Of a DNA stretch of 64,000 nucleotides, positions 26,701 to 46,902 are shown piece after piece. This DNA is from Tubulanus polymorphus (lineage: Eukaryota > Animalia > Nemertea). The notes beneath the pieces are model-generated. The model made no database searches. It was given only the letters and a program-made list of their open reading frames with translations, and was not told the DNA's origin. Position 1 is the stretch's first letter. The number at the start of each line of letters is the position of its first letter. The stretch is from positions 30,724,150 through 30,788,149 of the forward strand of contig NC_134026.1 in assembly GCF_964204645.1 (NCBI RefSeq), read 5' to 3'. Both the position numbers and the translations under genes were made by a program.

Positions 26701-27349
26701 CTACGATTATCTTTCAAAGATTTCCTCCGCAGGTCGCTATCTAACCCTACAGCGCTCAGTTGACATCGGACTCTTGAGTCAAAACATTGGAAATTTCATT
26801 CGTGTTTTTCAATTCTTTAGATGTTCCGACGCGTTACATAAAAATAAAGACCTGATCGGTCAGAATCAGAAAGAATATCAGCGTGAAATGGAACGGAATT
26901 ACAACAACGTGAAAGAACAACTCGGTCCATTGATAGCTTCACTCAACGGAACAGCTACAATTAAACGATCAAAACATATTCATCGAAGGTAAGAGAGAAT
27001 TATTCAAACATTTCACTAACTTTACTCAATATCTCTCCATCTCTTTACATGTTCTTGTTCTTTCTCCTCTCTTCTGCCCTCTACCTCTCTTCAATCCTTT
27101 CTTCCCTCCCCACTCTCTTCTAACCCCTCTCTCTTCTCTTTCTACATTTTCTTTCTCTTCTTTCTTCTCCCCTCTACCTCTCCTCAATCCTCTCTCCCCT
27201 CCCCACTTCCCTATCTTATCTCTTTCATCATTCTCTCTTCTCTTTCTATAATGAGTTCTCCGTGTCCACCTAGATTCAACAAACTTCTCTCTATTCTATA
27301 GTTAAATGATAATGATGATACTATATATATATATTTTTATAGACATTGA
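8712..27349 (+). CDS. DOCK7: Dedicator of cytokinesis, DOCK-C class (DOCK6/7/8; Zizimin-related) Rac/Cdc42 GEF, about 45 exons
   Basis: N-terminus [25 protein letters not shown]; [26 protein letters not shown]; DHR-1/C2 ([44 protein letters not shown]); [31 protein letters not shown]; DHR-2 ([63 protein letters not shown]). The last exon is uncertain: the stop falls between 26992 and 27349 depending on the acceptor used. Confidence 0.93.
14372..14524. mobile_element. Tc1/mariner-like MITE in DOCK intron
   Basis: Imperfect TIRs CAGTTAAACCCACGATTAAGTCGTCAT ... ATGACGATTTAACTGGGTTTGACTG. Confidence 0.5.
15101..15244. mobile_element. Palindromic PIF/Harbinger-like MITE
   Basis: TIRs CAGGGGCCAGTTCCATAG ... 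CTATGGAACCGGCCCCTG; a related fragment lies at about 60112-60382. Confidence 0.65.
16118..16237. mobile_element. Palindromic Harbinger-like MITE
   Basis: GGACCCGGTTCCAAAGTT ... AACTGTAGAACCGGGTCC; relatives at about 17428-17526 and 21838-21938. Confidence 0.55.
17001..17024 (+). CDS. Candidate 24-nt DOCK microexon (AECPWNIT)
   Basis: ttttctcag|CTGAATGCCCGTGGAATATTACAT|gtaaat; phase 1-1, frame-preserving between the exons ending at 16509 and starting at 17607. Confidence 0.55.
20992..21147 (+). CDS. Candidate 156-nt cassette exon of DOCK
   Basis: tgtag|GGAGTG...TACACG|gttagt; phase 0-0, stop-free, 52 codons; lies between the FEYK and ANKKTQ exons. Confidence 0.6.
21838..21938. mobile_element. 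Palindromic Harbinger-like MITE
   Basis: CCAGTTCTACAGTTCTG ... CAGAACTGCGGAACTGG inverted repeats. Confidence 0.55.
23388..23572 (+). repeat. Homopyrimidine CT-rich degenerate tandem repeat in DOCK intron
   Basis: Almost purely C/T with a recurring CTCATCTCTCCTCTCT unit. Confidence 0.8.
24780..24907. mobile_element. Harbinger-like MITE (second copy at 26223-26359)
   Basis: TIRs GGGTCCAGTTTCACGAAAAAG ... CTTTTTGTGAAACTGGGCCC; the internal sequence is shared with 26223-26359. Confidence 0.7.
25774..25978. mobile_element. Penelope-like retroelement remnant (inverted pLTR fragments plus 34-bp tail) in DOCK intron
   Basis: 13-bp TSD AGTTCAGTCTCAT (25761-25773, 25979-25991); inverted arms GAGGAGAGAATCCCACAATGATAATAAAAA / TTTTTATTATCATTGTGGGATTCTCTCCTC; 34-nt tail; first ~108 bp identical to 55844-55952. 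Confidence 0.8.
25833..25880 (-). ncRNA. Minimal type I hammerhead ribozyme (Penelope-type)
   Basis: Minus strand reads AUUAUUC-CUGAAGA-U-GACUAU(UAGGAU)AUAGUC-GAAA-C-GUU-GAAAUAA: core CUGANGA, 6-bp stem II, GAAA, palindromic ACGU in place of stem III, NUH triplet GUU. Confidence 0.75.
26223..26359. mobile_element. Harbinger-like MITE (same family as 24780-24907)
   Basis: Ends TTTTTGTGAAACTGGACCC; shares internal AAAACGGTT(A/C)AGTTTGAAT..TGTT..CCT.ATTG...CATGAA.TAACC. Confidence 0.65.
27032..27248 (+). repeat. Homopyrimidine CT-rich tract in the last DOCK intron
   Basis: About 200 nt that are overwhelmingly C/T, with a repeated CCCTCTACCTCTC..CAATCC. Confidence 0.75.
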
Positions 27350-29840
27350 ATCTAAGCTTGCTGCGCCCTCTATGAATAAGTGGTGTATGTATAAGTGTTG
27401 TGTTTCTATCCGCAGTCACAAATACATTCTCTACAAACTGTATTCAGTGTTCATAAAGAAATTCATTTAACGTTTATATTCGTTACGTTGGTTCGATTCA
27501 TTCGTTATCCGTTTCTACTTTATTACGAAATAGTTGTTGACTTTCTCCATTCACTTCGCTGTTACTCGTTTCTATCGATGTGTGTTTATAATAAACTGTT
27601 TATATCTTATACACGTAAAACATAGCTGTGACCATTTCCCTAAATATTATAACCACGACCTGGTGATTGATGATGACTGAGGTATTCATGCGTTCATTCA
27701 TTGCATGGTTAAACATCTTGTAGTAAATTTTATTTTCGCGTCAGTTTTTAGTAGACAATCAGCATCATTATGATGATTATCATTTCTGAGTTTGCATGTC
27801 TATATATACATATATCTGATATTGTGAAACTATCTATTATTATAATTAGTTCCTCGATGGTTATGATCTCTGATGAAACGGATCCCGTAAACTAGTGGTA
27901 GATCGCATTACACATTTCTCAAACATAGTTAAACAAGACTATCCCAGTTGATGAATGATCTCACATTTGATGATATTTGAAGTTGATTATTCCAATCATT
28001 TGTGGGTTAGTTCATTATCTTCTACAGAGATTACATCAGCTTATCCATCAGGATTATCCAGTTTCAATATGGCTGTCATTTATTATTCATTTTTGCTATT
28101 GATATTGTGTCATATTATGATACAGCATGTCCTGTGGTGTATTAGATCGACACACTAGGAATTACCTCATGTGATTCTAGGTAATATAACTATAGTTTTC
28201 TACTATACAGTTCCTTTAATGATAACAGCTTTGAAATAATAACTGATGATCAGTCTAGAGCGTGTTCAAGTGTATTCCAATTTTAATATCGCATTAAAAC
28301 AATTTCTGCTTTTTATGAAGTGTGTGTCACTTGAAGTTATAGTTGAATGTTTTTAGTTGTTTCCGGTATAAATTATAACGCTTTTAGGCAGGAGTTTTTG
28401 TATCAAGGGTAATGATAACATAATTTGTGATAAGAAAGATACGACAATAGACTCTGTTGATAACCTCGGATTATCGCGTGCCCGGCTGGACAATTTGTTA
28501 CTAATTTGAGGCAAGCGAGTCTCTTGTAGTACAGTCTGGTCGAGTGAGTCATGCCTGGATTACCCTTGATAAATATTGCAGCTTTTTGTCGCTTCACTGA
28601 TTTCAGCATGAATTAGAGATAATACGTAGTTGTATTATGGTACTCAAGTAGAAATATTACATTGTTTAAATCAAGATTAAATGTTTTACAATAATCCTTC
28701 AATGATTCAATACATTGATGATTGTACATTTCGTATGTCTAAATGATTTTAGAATGCTTTAATAAGCCTCCAAGTCATTTTAAAACAAAAACAGTTTCCA
28801 CAACAACATATCATCTCTACAAAATAGGACTGGTTCCTTACTTCGAATATGTGCCAAAGAAAGTATTTCATCGCAATATGAAAACAAGAACGATATATGA
28901 AATGCATTGATTGTTTTCCAGGGATAGTAGAGCAAGTGATCGCAGTGATTCCAGTCACGGGTCAAGACGAAAACATCATAGCACTGGACGCTTGAGTACG
29001 ATGATTCAGTGACGTCTTAGATCAATTCAAGAACCGCATTTAAACATGAAAACTACTGTTTCTCATTACTGTATCTATGATAAACGTTAGTGAAGAGTTT
29101 TGTAGTTTTAGGGACCAAGCTGTCGGACTAAACTACTATTAAAATTATTATTATAAAATACTATTTGTACTGCTAGTACAAAATAGCAAGGGGTTTCCCC
29201 TGGTGCAGCCGATGCACATGGTTCTCTGGTGCAGCTGCTGCTGTTGTTACTCTCAACTTTGAATTCACTATGTATAAAATCTTTTTTGTTCCATTGTACA
29301 GATTTTCTATGAATCATGACTATGTAATTAATCACTCACTGTTTAACGCTTTTATAAGTAGACATCAGAGCTGCATTTATGTAAACTTATTTATTTTATT
29401 TAACTTAGAAATAAACTGACCGAATCAACTGAACCGTAGATTATTTCATAAGCGTGACTTTAAAAAAAAGAACCGTATATTGTTTTAATATCTAGATGAT
29501 TGTAGCTAATATTTATTTCAAGTCTTGTACGTTACTCGTTATATTGTAAGGAATGTAAATATTTGACCAGATGATTGTGAAGAATCAGAGAAATCAAGCA
29601 ACTCAAAGAAGAGTTCACTAGTACTGAGTAAAGAGTGTACTGAATAATGTAACTAATATATACTTGACTATTGGAACAGGCTGAAATATTGTTAATAAAA
29701 TGTTTCATAATATTCATACTTATTGCTGTGGTTGATGGATGGATCTATTCTATATGAATGTTATGCCGATAGACAGGCATTTCAGTAACCCAACAATTGC
29801 ATAAATGATATATTATAAGGTATATCACTTGTATTATGAA

Positions 29841-30116
29841 TGTTTACATCATGTGACAAGCTCTAGACCAATCACTAACAACCCAAGGGTTAGGGCGAGA
29901 CACATGGTAATCCTTGGTTTGGCCTGACTGTTTATATCAGGTGACCAGCTCTAAACCAATCACTAACAACCCTAGGGTTAGGGCGAGACACATGGTAATC
30001 CTTGGTTTGGCCTGTTTGTTTACATCAGGTGACCAGCTCCAGACCAATCACTGGTGACCCTAGAGTTGTAGCCATGTGCCAACCTTAGGTGGGGGTGGGG
30101 TAGCTGTTTGTTTACA
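29841..30116 (+). repeat. 88-bp tandem repeat, about 3 units, in the DOCK/KDM2 convergent 3' region
   Basis: Units start at 29841, 29929 and 30017 (TGTTTA(C/T)ATCA.GTGAC.AGCTC.A.ACCAATCACT...); the third is diverged. Confidence 0.85.
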
Positions 30117-31168
30117 TTGACCATAGACCTGATAATTACATAAGAGCCACACTAGACTGAAAATAACTCAACAACTCATCAATAGAAGCTAAAAGTAATT
30201 CCATTTATTCAATATCATTAATGCACAACATGAAAGATTATATTATTCTTTAATTCATTAAATACAAAAGCAATCGAACGAAATTTTAATAGCAAGTCAT
30301 GCAACAGCTGAATATATAAACACTGACCTAAAAAATGGAAAATTAATAACAAACAAGAAACACATATTTCAACTAAATTATATACACAACTACTGTACAC
30401 AGATTGATGATGCTTGAATTAATGTTAGAATATTAACAACAAGATGATAAATCAGTTAGATGAGGTAGATTAGATATTCTTCATATTGTTAGTATTTCAT
30501 CGCAAAGAAATAACCAGATTTTGATAATACATTGAGATGCCGTAGGTGCGATGATCATTATATCGACAGCTTATTCCTTAGAAATTTAATGGGATACCGG
30601 CAACACCAGATGGCGCAACAAAACACTGGGTTACTCGTGGTGAAAATCAGTTCATTTTCAATGAAATTAGAAAATTATTTTTAAGCTTCCGAATCCGGAA
30701 ATTATCAAACGAGTCATCGAATTGATATACGATTTCCTTTCTCTCTCAGTTTATGGTATTGATTTCACTGAAAATTGATTTACTAATCAGAAAATTTGAC
30801 TCGAAGTTTATTGAAATGTAGAAGAAATTGAAGCGCCGTAACCCAGTGCCACTAGTGATCCTGGCGGATTATCGCTGAATCCTCACTTCCCTCAGTAGCC
30901 TTGCAGGTATCCCATTGGAAATACAAACTCAGTTCTGTAGTGATGACAGCTTAAGTGAATAAGACATTATTTGCAATCAAGTCATCATTTGGACATTACC
31001 AAAGTCATCTCTATTATCCTAGTTTGTTTTTGCAATTCAATTTACAAGTCATCTACATAATGACTGTCTGAACTACAATGATTTAAGCGGCAAATATCAC
31101 TGTAGATATGATATCAAGGCAATGTTTGTTTACAACACGAACCACTCAAACAACAACAACAACAACAA

Positions 31169-39388
<8,220 letters not shown>

Positions 39389-39727
39389 GATCAGATTTAA
39401 AGTCGTAGATGTTTAAAAGATAGTTTTATTCATCAGTTTTTTGCAGTCGCAGAATCAGACATGATTTGACGCTGTAACGTCGATTCAATTCAATCAAAAT
39501 ATAACTTTATTTATCCGTAATATGGGATAAAACAAAATCAATCAGATTTACGGCAATAAAGTTGACTAATGAATTGTGAAATAACAAGTTCAACAATATG
39601 CATATAAAGGGGTTGATTTGAATTAACGTCGTTTAACTCAGGAAAGAGAGCACGACCTCGACACTAGCTCCCTCTATATGTGACTGGTGGAGTAAGCGGG
39701 AAGTGTGAGAGATATCCCACTGTCAAA
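39389..39727. promoter_or_regulatory. Bidirectional promoter KDM2-NSMCE4
   Basis: Divergent ATGs 340 bp apart; ETS-like CGGGAAGT at about 39697. Confidence 0.5.
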
Positions 39728-42700
39728 ATGTCTCGAAAAACTGCTTCAAAAGCGCGAGTTGTGGAAGATGCGGATAGCGATGATATGACGGAAGATGAGA
39801 TACCCGTATCGTATGGACCGATTCAAGATGAGAGAGAGCGAAGAGATATCCGTTTACAATACAGAAACTTCATCGATCATTTACAAAGTAAGAGAACAGT
39901 CTGTCAAAAATACGTTCGATTCAACCAGGAACTTATTCATTTCTATTTCTATATTGTTGTACAGTTTAACATCAGAATAATGAGCATGATTTTCAGTATT
40001 TATTTAGTCCCTATTTTTGAGTCCCATTTGTAAAGTCATTAGTTTAGTCATCTTGACTTAAAGTCTCTATTTTGTATTTCCAACGCAAGTGTAAGTTGTC
40101 GATGCGATAAGTTGTCATATTTCTGAAGTCGTTTCTATTTTTGAGTCGCAATTAGTACCGAGTTATAGTTTAACTAAAAGTGAAATTCATCACTTTTGAT
40201 TTAAGTGGAGTCAGCTGTCAAAGATTCACTGTATTGCTGAGTGTTCTTATCGTATATTTTTCATATTTCAGATAATGTTTATGACCTGATCAAACCGGAC
40301 TCTGAGTCCGATCCTCTCAATGATAAACTCACTGAAGTCGATAAATTATTCAAAGATAAAGGTACGAACAGTACAATTAACCGGTCCTGTGTATGTATTG
40401 GGACAGTCGTTATTGGTTTCAGGTTGTATTTATATTTATAGTTAAGATGACGCGTGAAGCTGCATTAGACTCTCAAGCGATGGCGATGATTTCAAATTTG
40501 GGTCGACAAAAAGCTCAAGCTTTGAACACGGAATTTGTTGTGTTTCAGAATACTGAATTTGCCTGTAAACTGGTACGAGCGCAATGTCGAATTATAGCGT
40601 CTCAAATTTGAATTTGCCTTAAAGTTTCTCCCACCTTTTTCAAATTCAGGCAAATTTCATCAACGATGACAACAATCGAAATATCGACGAAACTCCAAAA
40701 ATACCGGCTGAAAATTGGACGAAATTTGGTCAGGCCGTTCAAGCATTCTTTAAAAAATCACCTAGTTTTAATTATATGTAAGTAACATCTAGGTTATAAT
40801 ATCAGTCAGGGAGCTGAATGCATCTGATTATCCCGTGCCCCGGAAACCTGCTCGCTATTTATATTTTCGGATTATTGTTGCAGGTTTGGTTCATTTGAAC
40901 GCGGTGAAGTGCATTTACCCCCGAGGAAAACTAAACAAAAACCTCCGGATAAAGAAACCTCTGATCGAAATGCCGTCGCCAAACAACCAAAAATGGTCTG
41001 TTATTCATTTATTTCTTTAACAAAGAATGATTATAACTCGAGAATGAATTAGTTGAAATTGAAATATGATTTAACTATTTTCAGTTGCAAAATGCAGAAG
41101 AAGCTTCGACTTCTGAAGCCACAACGAAAGAAGTTGAAAAGATATTACATACACTACAGGATATATATGAGGAAAATCAGCGTAAGTTGCAGCTGTCGAT
41201 CTGCTGTCTGTCCCTGTCCCTCCCTCAGATAAGTTGATGTCTGTCCCTGTCCCTCCCTCAGATAAGTTGATGTCTGTTCCTGTCCCTCCCTCAGATAAGT
41301 TGATGTCTGTTCCTGTCCCTCCCTCAGATAAGTTGATGTCTGTTCCTGCCCTTCCCTCAGATAAAATTTCCGTCTGTTCCCCCTATCAATCTGCTGTCTG
41401 TTCCTGCCCTTCTCTCAAATAAGTTGATGTCTGTTCCTGCCCTTCCCTCAGATAAAATTTGCGTCTGTTCCCCCTTTCAATCTGCTGTCTGTCCCTGCCC
41501 TTCCTCAGATAAGTTGCTGTTAGCTGCTGATTGTCTCTGCCCTTCCATTAAGACTAGTTAAGTAACTGCAGAGATTTTCTATGCGAAAATGTATTGGACC
41601 CTACTGCTTCTCATATAGCCTCCTGAGCAGCTTACCAATGGTGACTGTGGTGGGTATATTTTGATACCTGTAATTGCCATTTATCTATTTTTTTCAGATA
41701 AACCAATCTGCTATTTTGAATTTGTTGTCAACCCAAACTCATTTGGTCAAACAGTTGAGAATATGTTCTATACATCATTCCTGATTAAGGTATCTTTTGT
41801 TTAGTTGAGATTCTGTCCCTGATCTATGGACACAGTTTATCCATGTATTGGGATAGCTGCTTCCTATGAGAACAGGTTGTTATCTATTCCTACACTGGCA
41901 CCTGGTTACCTATGGATTTAGATACAAGTGATTGATAGGAAATATTTTTGATCACCGAGCAATGGTTTCATGTTTATATGTATGTAAATATGATAATTAA
42001 GTGAATCGGTGTGTGTTTCTGAAATTTTCATGAATCGCAAATTTATTTCCCTGAACTATTTTGTTACTTAAATTTATTTGATTAATGTTTAGTTCAATTT
42101 TTTTCCTATTTTATAAAACCTTTAAGCTTCCTGCTGCAGAATTGATAACTAATATGAGTTACATAAACAGTTTTGTAATGTAACATTCAGTGCTGCCATC
42201 TTTTGAGATGTTTCGTTAACGAACAACGGCTGTACAAAATACAATGGACGATAAATTCTATTGATGTCTTGTAAAATGAGTTTATTGTTACCCGGCTTAT
42301 GTTGAACGATGAAGTAAAACATGTGGAGGATTTTTTTTTTTCAAGGATGGTCACGCCAAAATCTACCTGGATGATGACAAACTTCCTGTTATTGGTAAGA
42401 TCAATTTCTAAGTAATATCTACAATGATCATTATTTAAATACTAGTAAATGTCATATATTTGATTTGATTTCAGAGCCACTCGAAGGTGGGGGAGAGGAA
42501 TCTAATGAATCGATGGGTAAACGACATCAGATGGTGATGGTTTTAACTAAAAAAGATTGGCAGGTATTTAACACGACTTACTGATAAATTAGGGTTCTTA
42601 CAGATGTCGGCAATCGAAACCCGGAAATCAGGGAATTTTCGATTCTGCGGTCGGGAGAGAACCTTGTATGAACCGCCAACACTATCGGTAATTATCTGTG

Positions 42701-42889
42701 TTAATTTCATCGTTTGTTTTGATCGTTGATTTTCAGGATATCGTCGAGACGTTTCAGATAAACGAGCCGATTATACCGGACCGACCGACTGAAACGCAAG
42801 GTAATTATTCAAACGAAAATGACGAACCAATGGCGACGTCAAAACGCGGTAAAATGGCCAACGGAAAAGTTTCAAAGAAAAGCAAATGA
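39728..42889 (+). CDS. NSMCE4A: Non-SMC element 4 (kleisin of the SMC5/6 complex; NSE4/EID3 family)
   Basis: [107 protein letters not shown]; about 10 GT-AG exons; stop TGA 42887-42889. Confidence 0.9.
41203..41517. repeat. Minisatellite, 33-bp unit CTGTCCCTCCCTCAGATAAGTTGATGTCTGTTC, NSE4 intron
   Basis: Four near-perfect units followed by diverged units. Confidence 0.88.
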
Positions 42890-44212
42890 ATTCTGTAAAT
42901 AACTGTGTTCTTCTGACTGAATCTCAGTAATTGTGTTCTGCTACTGTGCGTCAATGATTGTGTGTTCTACAAACTGTGTCTCCAATGATTGTGGTGTTCT
43001 TCTGACTGTGTCTCAATAATTGCGCTCTACCAACCATTCCTATACTAAGCTAAAATCCAGACACTAAAAATGTACTTGGGGTGATTGAATAAAATAAATC
43101 GGGAGGGGGTCATATTGATATAAAACATTATCTGTCTATAAGTTCTGCTTTGATAATCAGTCATCCATTCAATAACACTGCTGTTAATGACCAGAAGAAT
43201 TTTTCTATAGGACACTGCTGAGTACCGATAGATTGTATTTCATATTGAAACAATAATGTTTAACGGTGCTAATTGTACATAGAATTTAACATCAGTTTAT
43301 AGTCATTATAATAAAAATTCTCAGAAATTGAATGAAGTTTTTACTTTTCATATCACGACTTTAAACTGAGTAACAGTAAAGTGGTTACAGTGTATGAAAA
43401 TGCCGAACTCGCTGCTGTATTGATTTTTTATTAAGTGTTGTACAATATTGTGGTCAGATTTATCAAATAAATATTATATAATTTGCACCCATCTAGATCT
43501 TTTCAATGATTTTATGATCATCTGGTATTGAGGAATCGAGTTCTAGGCAATACAGAAATTAGCTTTAGGTATTTCAATGATCACGTTTCAAAATACTAGT
43601 TCAGTACCCATCGATGGAATGAGTGAGGCTGAGGAGGCGAAGGGGAGGTATGTGAAATTCCAGCACAGGGTACCATTGCCCGGCCAATGTAAAAAGTTCA
43701 ATGTCTTTGTATCATCAAAGCATATTTGCTAATACTGTAAGACACTGAGTATATTATGACTATTTCAATGTTTGGCAGCTGGACGTATTTTCACTTGTCG
43801 GTTGCTTCCGAACCCTGGCAAGCGATGATAAAGTTGTATGCGAGAAAGAATAAAATTTGTATTGTGTTGAATTGACGACGTCTCTCCCGGTGAGTTGAGT
43901 TGTGTGAGTCTGATTAATATTTATCGCTTTTACAGCAAGATATAGTCATCGATTCCACGTAAGTTGTTGATCGTATGATTGCGAATTAGTTGAAATGTAA
44001 ATCTACACGGGTAAAATATTAATTAGGGGCCAACGTGGTTGTAATTAAGGTGTAAATTCAATTGAAGTGATTACGTAATGTCACAAGAAAAATCACAAAT
44101 ATAACTTTATTGAAAACAAGAAGTCAATTTAGACGAAATCGTATTTGTAGCCTCAGAATGAAAGTTTTAATTTTAAAATTTTAGGTTGGAAATTGAGAAC
44201 TAAACGAACAAA

Positions 44213-45082
44213 ATGGAAGGATTTTTAGGAAAATGGAAATTATCAAAAAGTACGAAGTTTGATGAATTTATGACAGCTGTAGGTGAGTAAAGTAGAAACA
44301 GCGGCCATCTTTTGCTTAATGTTTTTTAAGGAATGTGTGATTAATCAATTTCTGAATTCAATTTCTAGGCGTTAATTTCGTTCTGAAAAAGATGGCGAAT
44401 TTAGCGACACCGACTCAAACGATAACTCAAAACGAAGACGGGGAAATTCATATCAAAACGGAAACCTCGTTTAAAACTACCGATTTAAAATTCAAATTAG
44501 GAGAAGAATTTGAAGAGAAAACGGCCGACGGGCGATCGGTTAAAGTTAGTATGATTAACAAATTGACGGGGTTGGGTCATAGAAAATTGGAAGTTCAAAA
44601 AAGAACAGGAAGGGCAATTCTCAGAAAAAGCCGCCAAGATGCAATTTGAGAGAGGATGAGAATCATATTTGCAGGTTTAAACGAGCTCTGTCATAGAAGA
44701 AGAGCAACTTCAGTTGAGAAAGCTGTCCTCCAGATCCCTCTTAAATACATCCACCCCCTATATGAATCAATTAATCTGAATTGGATATGATTTATAACTG
44801 TTTATTACGTAATTCTCTCATTAGACTACGATCAATCTCGAAGATGGAAAATTGGTTCAAATTCAACCGGGTTCGTCGGGCAAAGATATCTCAATTACTA
44901 GAGAAATCAAAGATGAAATTTATCTAATGGTAGGTTTCCATAATACGTCGTCGTATTTATTTAGAAACTTAACCAAAAAGACTGAAAAACTTTTCATTAT
45001 TGATATGAAATCTGTCTATTTTCAGACTTTGGTTTGTAAAAATGTGACATGTACGCGAGAATACTCGAAACTAGCTGAGTAG
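44213..45082 (+). CDS. FABP: Intracellular fatty acid-binding protein (FABP/iLBP family)
   Basis: Exons 44213-44282, 44369-44544, 44825-44929, 45026-45082 (classic 4-exon iLBP layout); FLGKWKLSKSTKFDEFMTAVG, FKTTDLKFKLGEEFEEKTADGRSVK, TREI, CTREYSK. A 5' UTR intron is likely (acceptor 44184). Confidence 0.92.
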
Positions 45083-45789
45083 ATCACATTCCAGCAGCTT
45101 CATACAATATATATTTAATCGCGCTTGGATTATTTTCTATAATATTATATTATAATTCATATCAAAATCAATCAACGACGATCGAAAAGTGAAGAAATTG
45201 ACAATCAAATTGTAACAATTGATGGACAGCTAGTCGTACGCCAGTCATTGTCTGAAGGATCAATATGTCTTATTATGAGTCTCAATGTTTTAATTTTTGA
45301 AAATAAATTGATTTGCTGATTGTGTCTCATTAAGTAAAATCAGTTTTGTTTCATTTTATTATTTGGTTGCCACATGGAGACAGCCCAGTTCAACAGGATT
45401 TACGTGTAACAAGTAAAGACGAGTAGTGCTACATAGGTTAACTATTTATTTAATGCACGAGTTTTGCTACTAATGTATAGAAGCTTCATCAGGTGATTGA
45501 TTGACATTGTTAAATTCATCATTCTAAAGGGATTTTAGAACTACTGTGTTTGTAGAATACTGATTAATCTATTTAATGGGCCGAGAACTTCGGAAATTAA
45601 ATTTAATTTGCTTTAAATTCTTTCTGTGGCACGTGAGTCGTCACTCTACACTGCCGCTTTACCGGATCCCACGCCGAGCACAGAGTACTATTAAAAGTGG
45701 CTTGCAAATCATTTGGAAAGTCAGATTACCGTTACATAAGCTTCAGTGTTGATACAATTCTATATGTAGGTTAAATTACGATGAATGAA

Positions 45790-46020
45790 ATTTGACTTAA
45801 AGTAGCTATAAACCTCGCATGCCACAGTCGAATGCCGAGCCTGCCTTATATCGCAACCGTTCAGTGCTGCCCCTATTAATAACGATAGCGGAATTTCTGT
45901 GAACTGAATCAGACCTCCTAGACTGGTCGCCTGTCCTGCATTCGCAATCGGAAGGTAGGGACCGGCAACCAGTCTACAGACCGCCGGACCCCTTGCGTAA
46001 CTCGCGACCACTCTGGCGCC
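45790..46020. other. GC-rich structured non-coding segment (SINE body or ncRNA candidate)
   Basis: Sharp GC rise in AT-rich DNA; 13-bp stem TAGACTGGTCGCC/GGCAACCAGTCTA and a TTCAGT/ACTGAA hairpin; no credible ORF. Confidence 0.35.
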
Positions 46021-46180
46021 TAATTCTATGAAACTATGAATTCATCCTACATTTCAAATATTTCCATCATTTGTGGACATTAATTCCCTTTAGCAAAAAC
46101 TCACTTGCATAACGAGTCCTCTTTTTCCTTGCCAGCCGCCAGCCCAGCGAGCGAGCCTAGGGCCCGACGGGCCGGCACGT

Positions 46181-46490
46181 ATCACTGAGTGATTACTGGG
46201 TTCGAACCAGGGACACCCCTGTACATCCGCTATTCAGACTCTGAATCAGTATCAATGACTAGGTTCGAAACCCTGTACATCCTCTATTCAACATCAGTAC
46301 AGTATCAGTTGTGACCGGGGACACCTGTCCGAATTCAAGTCACCAGGACCCGCAATTTGAATCACTGATCGAGTATCAGTAATTACTGGGTTCGAATCCG
46401 GGACACCCCTGTACATCCTCTATTCAGAATCAGGACCAATCTGAACCAGTGTCAGTAATTACCGGGTTCGATCCCGGGACAACCCCGTTT
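46181..46490 (+). repeat. Diverged tandem repeat with Pol III B-box-like cores
   Basis: GGTTCGAACC (46199), GGTTCGAAACC (46262), GGTTCGAATCC (46389), GGTTCGATCCC (46465), mostly followed by GGGACACCCC and/or TGTACATCC. Confidence 0.7.
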
Positions 46491-46535
46491 ACAAAGTTGC
46501 ATACCAAAAACTAAACTTAAAGCAGTGACTACCAC

Positions 46536-46604
46536 GGGTCTATGGCCCATGTGGTTAGTGTGCTCGTCTGAAGTCCTGACGGTCGCAGTCTCGAACCCGG
46601 CGGT
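46536..46604 (+). pseudogene. Degenerate tRNA-like sequence (SINE head or tRNA pseudogene)
   Basis: A-box-like TGGCCCATGTGG, CGTC/GACG pseudo-anticodon stem, T-loop-like TCTCGAACCC; the acceptor stem does not pair. Confidence 0.4.
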
Positions 46605-46687
46605 GATGATAATTATTTAAAATGTCTATTTTTCGCCTGGGGTCAATTTTTTAGATATTTCGCTTAATCTATTGAAAATGCCCTCGC

Positions 46688-46902
46688 CGAATTCGGTCTT
46701 AATACGTCACCTGCTGACGGCCTGTGAGCCTCCAGGTTACGTGCGATACCTACGATACCGTGGGATACCTGTCTCACTGCCTGTGAACCTCCAGGTGACC
46801 TACGGCCGAAGATACCCAGGTTGCCTGGGAGTTACTGATGATCCCAGTTTGTACCTGTGATACCAACGATACCTAGGATCTATGAGATCCCAGGTTACCT
46901 AT
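46688..46902. repeat. Degenerate short-period repeat (GATACC / CCAGGTTACC motifs)
   Basis: Recurring GCCTGTGA.CCTCCAGGT.AC and GATACC words. Confidence 0.55.

Noticed and set aside
29887-29984. Interstitial telomere or telomerase template (GGGTTAGGG)
   Set aside because: Only one TTAGGG per 88-bp unit, with no tandem array.
27350-31168. Hidden gene in the 3.8-kb DOCK-KDM2 gap
   Set aside because: Only short AT-rich ORFs with no consistent splice pattern; better explained as long convergent 3' UTRs with AATAAA signals on both strands.
41790-42345. NSE4 intron donor GTATCTTTT as a second U12 intron
   Set aside because: It lacks the CC at +5/+6, and the 3' end has a long poly-T tract with no CCTTAAC-like branch point, so it is read as U2-type.
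45790-46020. RNase P RNA or H/ACA snoRNA
   Set aside because: GGAGGTCTGA on the minus strand resembles CR-I, but no CR-V partner follows. On the plus strand there is an ACA but no ANANNA hinge.
46536-46604. Functional tRNA gene
   Set aside because: The acceptor stem does not pair, the B-box is degenerate and no T-run terminator follows directly; kept only as a tRNA-like remnant.
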